Source of the DNA: an uncultured Planctomycetia bacterium
GTDB taxonomy: Bacteria > Omnitrophota > Gorgyraeia > Pluralincolimonadales > CAZUZR01
DNA length: 53,129 nucleotides
Direction: 5' to 3'
NCBI GenBank assembly: GCA_964625025.1
Contig: CAZUZR010000001.1
Coordinates: 1,456-54,584 of the forward strand
In this document: positions 40,958 to 50,887 of the stretch, piece after piece
How the letters are laid out: each line of letters begins with the position of its first letter
Position numbering within the stretch: position 1 is the first letter of the stretch
Notes under the pieces: model-generated
The model's input: only the letters and a program-made list of their open reading frames with translations
Databases searched by the model: none
Told to the model about the DNA's origin: nothing
Made by a program: the position numbers and the translations under genes

Positions 40958-41749
40958 TTAATTTGTCCGCTTTTTTGCAAAAATAACTCTATCGATTCCG
41001 TTATAATCTTTTAAGATTCTTAACTCGCAATAACTTTTAGTTTGGCTTATTAAACTACGAATTGCCTGCACCTGACCAAATCCCATCTCTAAAATTAAAT
41101 GCCCGTTGGGCTTCAGCCTCATCGCGCTCTGAAGGATTATCGCTTCATAAAAATTTAAACCTCCCGCTCCCCCCTCCAATGCAAGCTTTGGTTCGTATTT
41201 TACTTCGAGGGGCAACGCATCATAATTTTCGCTGGGGATATATGGGGGATTAGATACTATTAAATCGAACCTCTCATCTTCAGCAATTGCGCAAAATAAA
41301 TCGGCTAGGACAAAATTAATCCTACGCTCAACGCCGTTTAACTTCGCATTAGCCCGAGCAACATTTAGGGCATCACTTGATACATCGCAAGCTACTATTT
41401 TACAAAATGGATTATATTTTGTCAAACTAACCGCTATAGCGCCTGAGCCAGTGCCTATCTCAAACAGATATGGCGACTTAATATGCTTATCTTTAATCAA
41501 TTGTAAGGTGCCCTCAACTAAAATTTCGGTTTCGGGACGCGGAATAAAAACCGAAGGAGAGACATAAAATTTGAGCCCCATAAATTCTGTTTCTCCCATA
41601 ATATATTGAAGGGGCACGCCCAAGCTAAGTCGCCCTGCCGCCTTATAAAATCTACTAATTTTTCTCTCGTTGCCTTTATAATCGCCGAGATATAACTGCG
41701 TTCGGGTACACTTAAAAGCCCAACACGTTAACTGTTCTATAGCATTCAT
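40958..41749 (-). CDS. prmC: Release factor glutamine N5-methyltransferase
   Basis: EIGTGSGAI SAM motif and SNPPYIP. Confidence 0.9.
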   Translation of the reverse strand: MNAIEQLTCWAFKCTRTQLYLGDYKGNERKISRFYKAAGRLSLGVPLQYIMGETEFMGLKFYVSPSVFIPRPETEILVEGTLQLIKDKHIKSPYLFEIGTGSGAIAVSLTKYNPFCKIVACDVSSDALNVARANAKLNGVERRINFVLADLFCAIAEDERFDLIVSNPPYIPSENYDALPLEVKYEPKLALEGGAGGLNFYEAIILQSAMRLKPNGHLILEMGFGQVQAIRSLISQTKSYCELRILKDYNGIDRVIFAKKRTN

Positions 41750-41756
41750 ATTTAAG

Positions 41757-42827
41757 TTACCGCTTTCCCCTAAGCCGTAGCTCTCTTTCCGCCTTTAGTA
41801 GTTGCGCTATTATATCTTCCATATCGCCCTCTAAAATGTTCTCTAACTTATGAAGCGTAAGCCCAATCCGATGGTCTGTAACACGTTTATCAGGATAATT
41901 ATAAGTTCTTATCTTTTCGCTGCGTTCGCCTGTGCCGATCTGTATCTTTCTTTCCTTAGCTATTTTTTCATGTTGCTCAGATTTGGCTTTATCTAATATC
42001 CTTGCGCGCAATACCTTCAGCGCCTTCATCTTATTTTTTAATTGCGAGCGTTCATCTTGGCAGGATACTACAATCCCTGTAGGTATATGCGTCACCCTCA
42101 CGGCTGAATCAGTGGTATTAACGGATTGGCCTCCCGGTCCAGATGACCTAAACACATCTATCCTTAAATCCTTTGGGTCTATTTTTACATCGACCTCATG
42201 AGCCTCGGGCAACACAGCAACCGAGACCGTTGAGGTATGAATTCTTCCTGACGCCTCAGTAACAGGCACCCTCTGAACCCTGTGTACTCCAGATTCGTAT
42301 TTCATCTTTTTATAAACGCCGGCGCCTGATATCCCAAAAATTATTTCTTTAAACCCTCCTGCTTCCGATGGGCTTGAACTAAGCGTTTCGACTTTCCAGC
42401 CCTGCTTGGCCGAATATTTTGCATACATCCTGAATAAATCGGCAGCGAATAACGAAGCTTCTAATCCACCTGTGCCGGCTCGGATTTCAACGATTGTATT
42501 TTTATTTGCATCCGCTTCCTCTTCGAGCGTGGATTCTTCAAGGGCACTCTCTAAAGCGGCGCTTTTCTCTTTGAGCTCCGATAGTTCTTGCCTTGCTAAA
42601 TCTGCAAGTTCTCGCTCCTCGGCCTTTTTTGCCAATAACTCCTCAAGTTGTCTTATCTCGTCGTTCAGTTTTTTATATCCCTTATATCTATCGACGAGGC
42701 CCTTAAGCTGACTTAGCTCCTTTGCATATCGCTGATAAGCTGCCATATCCGAGATGACCTTAGGGTCAGCGATGAGCCGCTCGAGTTCCTCATAGCGTTT
42801 TAATTTGGATTCCAATGCCTCGAACAT
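41757..42827 (-). CDS. prfA: Peptide chain release factor 1
   Basis: PVT tripeptide (RF1-type PxT) and SGPGGQSVN. Confidence 0.95.
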   Translation of the reverse strand: MFEALESKLKRYEELERLIADPKVISDMAAYQRYAKELSQLKGLVDRYKGYKKLNDEIRQLEELLAKKAEERELADLARQELSELKEKSAALESALEESTLEEEADANKNTIVEIRAGTGGLEASLFAADLFRMYAKYSAKQGWKVETLSSSPSEAGGFKEIIFGISGAGVYKKMKYESGVHRVQRVPVTEASGRIHTSTVSVAVLPEAHEVDVKIDPKDLRIDVFRSSGPGGQSVNTTDSAVRVTHIPTGIVVSCQDERSQLKNKMKALKVLRARILDKAKSEQHEKIAKERKIQIGTGERSEKIRTYNYPDKRVTDHRIGLTLHKLENILEGDMEDIIAQLLKAERELRLRGKR

Positions 42828-42867
42828 CTTTTGACCTTTCTCCTACAACAGATTTTCAATAAGATAT

Positions 42868-43080
42868 TTAGGCTGTCCCTTCCGGCCTTCTGTATTTTTT
42901 CTTAAACCTTTCAATCCTTCCAGCAGGATCGACGTATTTTTGTAAGCCGGTAAAAAATGGGTGACATTTCGAACAGATTTCGACTCGAATATTTTGCTTC
43001 GTAGAACGAGTATGGATTACTTCGCCACAGGCGCAGGTAATCGTCGTCGGTTGATATTGCGGATGTATCTTAGGCTTCAT
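42868..43080 (-). CDS. rpmE: 50S ribosomal protein L31 (zinc-binding type)
   Basis: MKPKIHP.., CACGE...[10 protein letters not shown]. Confidence 0.95.
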   Translation of the reverse strand: MKPKIHPQYQPTTITCACGEVIHTRSTKQNIRVEICSKCHPFFTGLQKYVDPAGRIERFKKKYRRPEGTA

Positions 43081-43092
43081 TTTCCCTCCTCT

Positions 43093-44430
43093 TTATTGGT
43101 TCATGCCCATCAGGAATTCAGCGTTCGATTTAGTCTTAGAAAGCCTCTCAAGCAATAACTCCATCGCCTCGTCGGAATTCATCTCGTTTAAGACCTTCCT
43201 CAATATCCAAACGCGCTTTAACTCCTCTTCCTTAAGCAACAACTCTTCCTTTCTTGTGTTGGAGCGTTTGATATCAATAGCGGGATATATCCTCTTTTGG
43301 AATAAATTTCTATCCAATTGCAATTCCATATTGCCGGTGCCTTTAAATTCCTCGAAGATAACCTCATCCATCCTGCTTCCGGTATCTACAAGGGCTGTGG
43401 CTATAATCGTAAGCGAGCCGCCCTCCTCTACGCATCTGGCTGCCCCGAAGAACCTCTTTGGTTTATGGAGCGCGCTTGAGTCGACGCCGCCCGATAATAT
43501 CTTGCCGCTATGTGGCGCAACCGTATTATATGCGCGAGCCAAACGAGTTATAGAATCCAATAATATCACGACGTCCTTTTTATTCTCAACGAGCCTTTTT
43601 GCTTTCTCCAAGACTATCTCCGCAACTTGAATGTGCCTTTCTGCGGGTTCATCGAAGGTAGAACTTATAACCTCTCCCTTTACAGAACGCTGCATATCGG
43701 TTACCTCCTCAGGCCTTTCGTCAATCAAAAGCACAATCAAAATCACATCTTGGAAATTTTTCGTTATGGAGTTGGCTATCTTCTGCAGTAGTATGGTCTT
43801 GCCGCTATACGGCTGCGCGACTATTAATCCCCTCTGCCCCTTGCCTATCGGGGTCAATAAATCCATAATCCTCGTAGAGAGTTCGTTCGGGTCACTTTCT
43901 AATAAGTACCTCTCCTGAGGATAGAGAGGCGTTAAATTATCGAAAAGGGTCCGTTCCTTCATCGATTCGGGATGCTCGAAATTGACCGCCTCAACCTTTA
44001 ATAGGGCGAAATACCTTTCGCCTTCCTTAGGCGGCCGAATTTGCCCGCTCACAGTATCGCCTGTGCGCAAGTCGAATTTCCTAATTTGGCTGGGAGATAC
44101 ATAGATGTCATCCGGCGATGGCAGATAATTATAATTTGATGAGCGCAAGAACCCAAAGCCATCCGGCAATATCTCCAGCACCCCCTCGCCAAACATATAT
44201 CCTTCCTTTTCTGCTTGCGCTTGGAGTATTTTGAAGATGAGGTCCTGTTTTTTAAGGCCGCTGATACCGTTGATGTTCAACTCTCGACCGACCTTTGTTA
44301 ATTCTTGAATCGTCATCTTCTTCAATTTTGCAATATCAAAACCTGTTGTCTTTACCTCTTTTGTTTCTCTTACCTCTTTTGTTTCTCTTACCTCTTTTGT
44401 TTCTCTTACCTCTTCATTATTATTTTTCAT
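43093..44430 (-). CDS. rho: Transcription termination factor Rho with repeat-containing N-terminal extension
   Basis: Rho N-terminal and CSD-like domain (GFGFLR), Walker A QPYSGKT and the RecA core. The extra N-terminal [22 protein letters not shown] is encoded by 18-bp repeats. Confidence 0.95.
   Translation of the reverse strand: MKNNNEEVRETKEVRETKEVRETKEVKTTGFDIAKLKKMTIQELTKVGRELNINGISGLKKQDLIFKILQAQAEKEGYMFGEGVLEILPDGFGFLRSSNYNYLPSPDDIYVSPSQIRKFDLRTGDTVSGQIRPPKEGERYFALLKVEAVNFEHPESMKERTLFDNLTPLYPQERYLLESDPNELSTRIMDLLTPIGKGQRGLIVAQPYSGKTILLQKIANSITKNFQDVILIVLLIDERPEEVTDMQRSVKGEVISSTFDEPAERHIQVAEIVLEKAKRLVENKKDVVILLDSITRLARAYNTVAPHSGKILSGGVDSSALHKPKRFFGAARCVEEGGSLTIIATALVDTGSRMDEVIFEEFKGTGNMELQLDRNLFQKRIYPAIDIKRSNTRKEELLLKEEELKRVWILRKVLNEMNSDEAMELLLERLSKTKSNAEFLMGMNQ
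44353..44415 (-). repeat. 18-bp in-frame tandem repeat (3.5 units) at the 5' end of rho
   Basis: On the plus strand, tacctcttttgtttctct x3 plus a partial unit. It encodes (VRETKE)n. Confidence 0.9.
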
Positions 44431-44938
44431 CCCATTCCTCCTCCTCCATAAAAACCTTCAAAGTCCCTGCCTCTTTCTGAGCCGCACTTAATGATTCAAC
44501 GGCACAGCCTAAAAATTCATCTGGCGAAAAAGCGAAAGAAAAATAATACGCCACCCCAATCGAAACGGAAAGCCTTAATCTATTTGACTCAAATCCGTAA
44601 TCGCTCACCGCATCCAAAATCCTGTGCGCTTTCTCCTTGACCTCCTCCTGTGTGAGGCCGCGCATCAAAATTAAAAATTCATCTCCTCCGAACCTGGCTA
44701 AAAGATCGCCACCCCTTAGCAAAGACCTTAAAATCTTCTCTGTGGAATCCAAAATTTTATTGCCCACACCCCTGCCGTACCAGCGATTAAACCTTTCGAA
44801 GTTATCTATATCTACAAGTAATAGGGCAACAGGCGGAAGCAACCTTGTCTCTTTCGATCGGTCTATTTCAGTTTTTAGAACCTCGAGTATATCTTCTATT
44901 CTGTGAGAACTACCTACATTCTCACCAGGGCCTTCCAT
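44420..44938 (-). CDS. Stand-alone GGDEF domain protein
   Basis: [14 protein letters not shown], meaning the I-site RxxD and GGDEF are intact. The upstream metal/GTP motif is degenerate ([10 protein letters not shown] instead of ND.YGH..GD). No sensor domain. Overlaps coaE by 25 nt and rho by 11 nt. Confidence 0.7.
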   Translation of the reverse strand: MEGPGENVGSSHRIEDILEVLKTEIDRSKETRLLPPVALLLVDIDNFERFNRWYGRGVGNKILDSTEKILRSLLRGGDLLARFGGDEFLILMRGLTQEEVKEKAHRILDAVSDYGFESNRLRLSVSIGVAYYFSFAFSPDEFLGCAVESLSAAQKEAGTLKVFMEEEEWDEK

Positions 44939-45513
44939 ATCTTAACCGCCTGTTTCCTCGTCGAATTTAATCTCCCGCTATTATCTATAACGAAATCCGC
45001 TGCCCTTATTTTCTCCTGCAACGGCATTTGAGCTCTTATCCTTTGTAAAATCTGCGCATAGGATAGGCCTAATTTTTTTGAAGCCCTCCTTATTTGAATG
45101 CTACGCTTAGACCTTACCACTATCAACTTATCGACCTTTGACTTCCCGCCGGATTCGAGTAAAAGAGGTATATCGAGCACTACTACCGCATTAGGATTAG
45201 CCTTCTTAATTTTATTTAACTGCCCTTCGATTTCTTTGTAGACCAAAGGATGAATAATCTCGCATAATCTCTTAAGGCATTTTTTGTTCGAAAAAGCCAC
45301 TTCGGCAAGCGCCCTTCTGTTTATTGTGCCACCTTTATTCAATATGCCGCTGCCGAAATTGCCCTTTATTTTTCTCCACACTTTTCTTCTTGGTTCTATT
45401 AACCGATGCGCAATCACATCCGCATCCAACACAAGTGCTCCTAATTCTTTAAATATCCTTGCGGCCGTCGTCTTTCCCGTGCCGACGCCGCCGGTTATCC
45501 CGATTATTAGCAT
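44914..45513 (-). CDS. coaE: Dephospho-CoA kinase
   Basis: GITGGVGTGKTT P-loop; 199 aa. Confidence 0.9.
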   Translation of the reverse strand: MLIIGITGGVGTGKTTAARIFKELGALVLDADVIAHRLIEPRRKVWRKIKGNFGSGILNKGGTINRRALAEVAFSNKKCLKRLCEIIHPLVYKEIEGQLNKIKKANPNAVVVLDIPLLLESGGKSKVDKLIVVRSKRSIQIRRASKKLGLSYAQILQRIRAQMPLQEKIRAADFVIDNSGRLNSTRKQAVKIWKALVRM

Positions 45514-45614
45514 CTTTATTAAAAGATTTAAACTCTAAATACTAAACTCTAAACAAACTCAAATTTTCAAAATCCAAAACATTGTTTGGAACATTTGAAT
45601 TTAGGATTTCGGAT

Positions 45615-47018
45615 TTAGGATTTCCTCAACATCGTTTTATACAATTCTATATACCTCTTGGCAGAACCCTCCCAGGAGAAATCGTATTTCATCGCCTTGA
45701 GGACCAACTTTCGCCAGGCGCTTTTATCCTTATATAAAAGAACTGCGCGCTTGATGGCGCCGAATAACTCGTTCGCATCATATTTCTCGAAGAGGAAACC
45801 GTTGCCACGGTTAGTCTTTGGGTTATACTCGATTATCGTATCGGCAAGCCCTCCCGTCTTGCGGACTATCGGTATCGTTCCATATCTTAGTGAAATAAGT
45901 TGCCCCAGCCCGCACGGCTCATATCTCGACGGCATCAGAAACATATCAGAGCCTGCGTAAATCTTTTTTGCCAATACAGCGTCAAATTTTAGATGGATGG
46001 ATGCCTTCTTAGGATATTTCATTTGCATCTCTTCAAACAAGATATGATATTTACCTTCGCCAGTTCCCAAAAGGATGAACTGAACATCCATATTTAATAA
46101 TGGCTCTATAATTTGAGAAATTAGGTCCAGCCCCTTTTGGTCGGCCAGCCTTGAGATTATGCCGATGAGAGGCGCTTTCGCATCTCCTTTAAGCCCGCCT
46201 TCTTGTTGAAGCGCTATCTTACCTTTATATTTTCCATCAATTGCTGTGGCTGAGAAATGGTGCTTTAACTCCACATCCTTCGATGGATTCCATTCGTCGT
46301 AATCGATACCATTTATTATTCCAAATAGGGAGCCCTTTCTGCTCGCCAAAACGCCGTCTAACCCGTATCCAAATTCCCTCGTCTGAATCTCATTCGCATA
46401 TGTGGGTGAGACGGTCGTTATTATATCTGAAAATATCAAACCTCCCTTTAATATATTCACCTTATCGTAGTACTCTAATCCATTGATGCTGAATAGTTCC
46501 CGCGGAATGCCTGTCTTAGGAAACTCCTCTTTGGAGAATAGCCCTTGATAGCCGATATTATGTATGGTGAATACCGTCTTTATGTCCTTATAGAACGGGT
46601 CATCTTTAAATATAGTCTTAAGATAGATGGGAATTAGCGCGGTCTGCCAGTCATTGCAATGGATGATATTCGGCTTAAAATCTAAGTCCTTTAAGAGTTC
46701 CAAAGCCCGCTTTGAAAAAAACGTAAACCTCTCTAGATTATCAGGATAATCGCCTGTCTTTGTGCCGTATAAGTTATCCCTCATAAAATATCCTTCGTGC
46801 TCTATAAAATAGATGGGGACATCGTTATTCAATCTCGCCTCATTGCCATATATCTTGACCGAACTATATCGAGGCGTTATGACCCTTATATCTACGCCTA
46901 ACTTATGAATCGCCAAAGGTAGGCTACCAACCACATCAGCCAAACCGCCTGTCTTCGAAAATGGAACGACCTCACTCGATGCCATCAAGACCTTTAATGC
47001 TCTTTCGCCCTTTGCCAT
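45615..47018 (-). CDS. glgA: Glycogen (starch) synthase
   Basis: KTGGLADVVGSLP and a GT5 fold. The start is set at ATG 47018 (GGAGG RBS, 1 nt after the polA TAA). The ORF-track start 47048 would overlap polA. Confidence 0.9.
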   Translation of the reverse strand: MAKGERALKVLMASSEVVPFSKTGGLADVVGSLPLAIHKLGVDIRVITPRYSSVKIYGNEARLNNDVPIYFIEHEGYFMRDNLYGTKTGDYPDNLERFTFFSKRALELLKDLDFKPNIIHCNDWQTALIPIYLKTIFKDDPFYKDIKTVFTIHNIGYQGLFSKEEFPKTGIPRELFSINGLEYYDKVNILKGGLIFSDIITTVSPTYANEIQTREFGYGLDGVLASRKGSLFGIINGIDYDEWNPSKDVELKHHFSATAIDGKYKGKIALQQEGGLKGDAKAPLIGIISRLADQKGLDLISQIIEPLLNMDVQFILLGTGEGKYHILFEEMQMKYPKKASIHLKFDAVLAKKIYAGSDMFLMPSRYEPCGLGQLISLRYGTIPIVRKTGGLADTIIEYNPKTNRGNGFLFEKYDANELFGAIKRAVLLYKDKSAWRKLVLKAMKYDFSWEGSAKRYIELYKTMLRKS

Positions 47019-47019
47019 A

Positions 47020-49743
47020 TTATGCTGCCTCCAACCAATTTTTGCCAACCTTGACTTGAACCTTTATTGAAACCTTTAACTTCGCCACCTCTTCCATCTT
47101 CGCCTTTACCATTTTACTCATAATATCAACTTCGTCCTTTGGAACCTCAAAGACTAACTCGTCATGGACCTGAAGTATCATCTTAGATTTTAATCTCTTT
47201 TCCTTTATCGCCCTATGTATATTTATCATTGCGACCTTAATCAAATCCGCAGCCGAGCCCTGAATAGGGGTATTTATCGCAGTCCTCTCGGCGAATTGCC
47301 TCATGGAATTATTCTGGCTATTTATTTCAGGTATGTATCTGCGCCGATTTAAAATGGTCGTCACGTAGCCCCTTTCCCTGGCTTCCTCAATCGTATCCTC
47401 TATATAGACCTTGACCCTGCCGTATCTTTCAAAATAGGAATCTATAAATTCCTTCGCCTCTGCAGGCTCAATCCTTAAATCCTTAGATAAGCCGTATGGG
47501 CTCATTCCGTAGATTATCCCAAAATTTACAGTTTTGGCGACGGAGCGCATCTCTTGTGTCACTTTTTCCTCCGGCACATTAAAAACTAAAGAGGCCGTAT
47601 GAGTATGAATATCCCTGTCCTGCTTAAACGCCTCTATTAGCTCCACATCGCCTGAGAAATGCGCAAGTATTCTAAGTTCAATCTGCGAATAGTCCGCCGA
47701 CATAATTAAATGCTCTGCCTCGCCAGCGATGAAGGCCTTTCTAATTTGCCTGCCTGCTTCAGTCTTTATCGGGATGTTCTGCAAATTCGGGTCGGAGGAA
47801 CTTAACCTGCCTGTCTGCGTTACCGTTTGATTAAACGATGTATGAACTCGCCCCGTCTTAGGATTTATCAATTCAGGGAGCGTATCGATATAGGTCGATT
47901 TTAATTTAGCCAGTTCACGATATTTTAATATCGTTGCGGGCAGCGCATGTTGGGTCGCTAAAGCCTCCAATACCTCTACGTCGGTAGATATGCCTGTCTT
48001 GGTCTTCTTTACAATAGGCAACTTCAATTCTTTAAATAATACCTCGCTTAACTGCTTTGGAGAGTTTATATTGAATTCGCAACCGGCCATCTCATATATC
48101 TCAGATGTAAGTAGATGTAACTGTTTATCCATCCCCTTTGACATCTTAGCCAAAAATTTTACATCTATAGCAACCCCTGCCAATTCCATACAGGCCAAGC
48201 AATCTATTAATGGCATCTCCACATTGTAAAATAACTCATCCAAGTTTTTATCTTTAAGTTGCGGTTCAAGGATGCATTTTAGCCTTAATGTCGCATCAGA
48301 GTCCTGGCAACAATATCTTTTGATTGCCTCTAAGTCCACTTCCCTCATAGTCACCTTCCCCTTGCCCTTGCCCAATAAATCGGTGATGGGGGTCATCTTA
48401 AAATTTAAGTTTTCCAGCGCGATATCGTCAAGGTTGTGGTTGAGTTTCGAGGGATTCAAAAGATAAGATGCAACCATCGTATCGAATGCAACGTCATTTA
48501 ACTGGATGCCATAATTTGCCAGCAATACCTTTTCGTATTTTATATTTTGCCCGATTTTCCTTTTATTGGCGTCTTCAAAGATATGTCTTAATCTCGATAG
48601 CACATATTCCACATCGAAACCCTCGCCAGCATCTTTTACCCCGTTTTTGCCCGCAGGCCCCACACCTGGGCGCAAGTGCGAGGCAGGGGCGGGATTTATC
48701 GGCACATAATATGCCGCGCCTTCCTTCCAGCAAAACGAAACGCCCACCGGCTCACATAGAAGCGGGTCTGTCCCCGTGGTCTCAAAGTCTAAGGCGAATT
48801 CGCTTTTGTTTTCCAATTCTCTTATCAGGTCCTTAAAATCATCCTCATCGGCGATGAGTTTATATTCTCCGTCCAATTCCTTTCCTGAAGGGGCGTAATC
48901 TTTCAACAGGCTCTTAAACTCCAACTCCTTAAATAATTCGTATAACCTATCCCTGTTGGGTTCCTTCAATTTCAACTCGTCCAAATCTACATCTATGGGG
49001 ACATCCGTATCAACGGTTGCCAATTCTTTGCTTAATTTCGCCTGTTCCTTAAATTCATTTATTCGTTCGCGTAATCTTTCAGATTCTATCTTCTCGACAT
49101 TGGATAGGACTTTATCTAGGCTCCCGAATTTTCTGATTAACTCTACCGCTGTAACTTCGCCGATGCCGGGTATGCCAGGTATGTTATCCGAGGAATCTCC
49201 CATAAGCGCTATTAAATCCACTATCCTTTCTGGGCCGAGGCCATAACGTTCCTTAACCTTTGCCTCATCGTAGATAAGCCCTTCCTTATGGACGTTGTAA
49301 ATCCTTATATGTGAATTTACTAATTGAAGCACATCTTTATCGCCCGTAACAATATAGACCTCGCGGCCTTTCCTTTTGGCCTTTTTCGCAATCGTCGCTA
49401 AAATATCGTCGGCCTCGTATCCCTGCATCTGGTAAATCGGGATATTGTAGGCTTGAACAATCTCTTTGATTATAGGCATCTGCTCTGATAACTCATCCGG
49501 CATCGGCTTTCTATGAATTTTATACTCTTCGTATCTCTTATGCCTAAAAGTCGGGCCCTTTAAGTCGAACGCTATAGCTAAATATTGAGGCTCCTCTTCC
49601 TTAATTATTTTATTGAGCATCGTGATGAATCCGTATATCGCATTTGTAGGCTGCCCTTTAGAAGACGAAAGGTGAGAAATAGCGTAAAATGCCCGGTAGC
49701 AAAATGAATTCCCATCTATTAAGAATAATCTCTTTCGTTTCAT
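47020..49743 (-). CDS. polA: DNA polymerase I
   Basis: 5'-nuclease N-terminus, 3'-5' exo domain, and pol motifs DYSQIELR, RSVAKTVNFGIIYG and QVHDEL; 907 aa. Confidence 0.95.
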   Translation of the reverse strand: MKRKRLFLIDGNSFCYRAFYAISHLSSSKGQPTNAIYGFITMLNKIIKEEEPQYLAIAFDLKGPTFRHKRYEEYKIHRKPMPDELSEQMPIIKEIVQAYNIPIYQMQGYEADDILATIAKKAKRKGREVYIVTGDKDVLQLVNSHIRIYNVHKEGLIYDEAKVKERYGLGPERIVDLIALMGDSSDNIPGIPGIGEVTAVELIRKFGSLDKVLSNVEKIESERLRERINEFKEQAKLSKELATVDTDVPIDVDLDELKLKEPNRDRLYELFKELEFKSLLKDYAPSGKELDGEYKLIADEDDFKDLIRELENKSEFALDFETTGTDPLLCEPVGVSFCWKEGAAYYVPINPAPASHLRPGVGPAGKNGVKDAGEGFDVEYVLSRLRHIFEDANKRKIGQNIKYEKVLLANYGIQLNDVAFDTMVASYLLNPSKLNHNLDDIALENLNFKMTPITDLLGKGKGKVTMREVDLEAIKRYCCQDSDATLRLKCILEPQLKDKNLDELFYNVEMPLIDCLACMELAGVAIDVKFLAKMSKGMDKQLHLLTSEIYEMAGCEFNINSPKQLSEVLFKELKLPIVKKTKTGISTDVEVLEALATQHALPATILKYRELAKLKSTYIDTLPELINPKTGRVHTSFNQTVTQTGRLSSSDPNLQNIPIKTEAGRQIRKAFIAGEAEHLIMSADYSQIELRILAHFSGDVELIEAFKQDRDIHTHTASLVFNVPEEKVTQEMRSVAKTVNFGIIYGMSPYGLSKDLRIEPAEAKEFIDSYFERYGRVKVYIEDTIEEARERGYVTTILNRRRYIPEINSQNNSMRQFAERTAINTPIQGSAADLIKVAMINIHRAIKEKRLKSKMILQVHDELVFEVPKDEVDIMSKMVKAKMEEVAKLKVSIKVQVKVGKNWLEAA

Positions 49744-50450
49744 TTATCTTTTGGCTTATATTTACCGAATATCTCAACCGCCTTTTCTTCTACCATGTTC
49801 AATTCTATCCCATATGCCTTTTCGAACTTATCCGAGAAGAATCCGCTTTCCTTGAAAAGTACTTGTAATTTCTCCTTGCCATATTTGTCTATGAGATACG
49901 ATACGACTGACCACGCATAATAATAAGCTTCTTCTTCTGTCCTGTCGGCTCCGAAATCCGCCTCCAATCTCACAAAGGAAAAATCCTTAACCGTAAGTCG
50001 CGGATTTACCTTGGCCTGCCTTATGTCGCCCCCGGAAATATATTGGGCCACGCCCTCATGAAACCACCTCGGGGCGCTTGGCATGGCCTTGTTTATCAGT
50101 ATGTGGGTTAGTTCATGCCTTAACAATTCCATATCATTAAAATCTGCATCTAAAGATATGCTCTCATAACCTGCGCTCGCCCTTATGCCCCTTCCTCCTT
50201 GTGGCTTTAAATATACATTTACCTCAATCCTGCTGAACCTGTAGGGGTCGAGAGCTAAAAAGGTTGCGATGTCGTGATAAGCCGTTTCTAAATCTCGTCC
50301 TATTTTTTTAAGGTTCGCCTCTTGAATCTCGCCGCCAAAGCCCATAATCCTGAAATGTTCTGTCTCTACCGGTGAAGTGGCGAAGGCGAAACTAAAAATA
50401 ATTAGTAGGCTACAAAATAGAAAGGCACAAAAAATCCTATTTTTTGACAT
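49740..50450 (-). CDS. Secreted gluzincin-like metallopeptidase (Peptidase_MA_2-type)
   Basis: Signal peptide and HELTH...PRWFHEGVAQY (HExxH plus a downstream EG.A.Y). Confidence 0.55.
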   Translation of the reverse strand: MSKNRIFCAFLFCSLLIIFSFAFATSPVETEHFRIMGFGGEIQEANLKKIGRDLETAYHDIATFLALDPYRFSRIEVNVYLKPQGGRGIRASAGYESISLDADFNDMELLRHELTHILINKAMPSAPRWFHEGVAQYISGGDIRQAKVNPRLTVKDFSFVRLEADFGADRTEEEAYYYAWSVVSYLIDKYGKEKLQVLFKESGFFSDKFEKAYGIELNMVEEKAVEIFGKYKPKDK

Positions 50451-50539
50451 CCTTCATCTATATGCGATTAGAAAATGGCCCTCATTGAGTTACTATTTTT
50501 ATTTGGTTTATCTATTTAATGTAGGCATTAGTGGGAAAT

Positions 50540-50887
50540 TTAAAAGGCGTGTTTCTCCGGCTTCAAGGTTTCAGTCTTTTTAATCTTTACCGCTGTTCCA
50601 TAGGCATAGATGTATCCGCTATAATCGAAATATCTAATTCCTATTACGTAATCGGCTCCTAAATTCTTTGCCTCCTCCTTTAATCTTTCATTTAAGTTGT
50701 CCAATACAACCTCTCCCGACCGCGCAGAAACAATGCCTATGATATCGTAATCTTCTTTTATATCCTCGGATGTTAGGATGACACCCTTTGATTTTTTCTT
50801 CTCTTGCGCGTAACTATTCGGCGTGAGCGCAATAAATAAAAGGGTCAACGTCACAAGCACAAGAACAAAAGGATAGGTTCTGCTCAT
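50540..50887 (-). CDS. Small secreted YbjQ/UPF0145-like domain protein
   Basis: Signal peptide, then YDIIGIVSA..., AKNLGADYVIGIRY and YGTAVKI, resembling the YbjQ fold family. Confidence 0.45.
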   Translation of the reverse strand: MSRTYPFVLVLVTLTLLFIALTPNSYAQEKKKSKGVILTSEDIKEDYDIIGIVSARSGEVVLDNLNERLKEEAKNLGADYVIGIRYFDYSGYIYAYGTAVKIKKTETLKPEKHAF

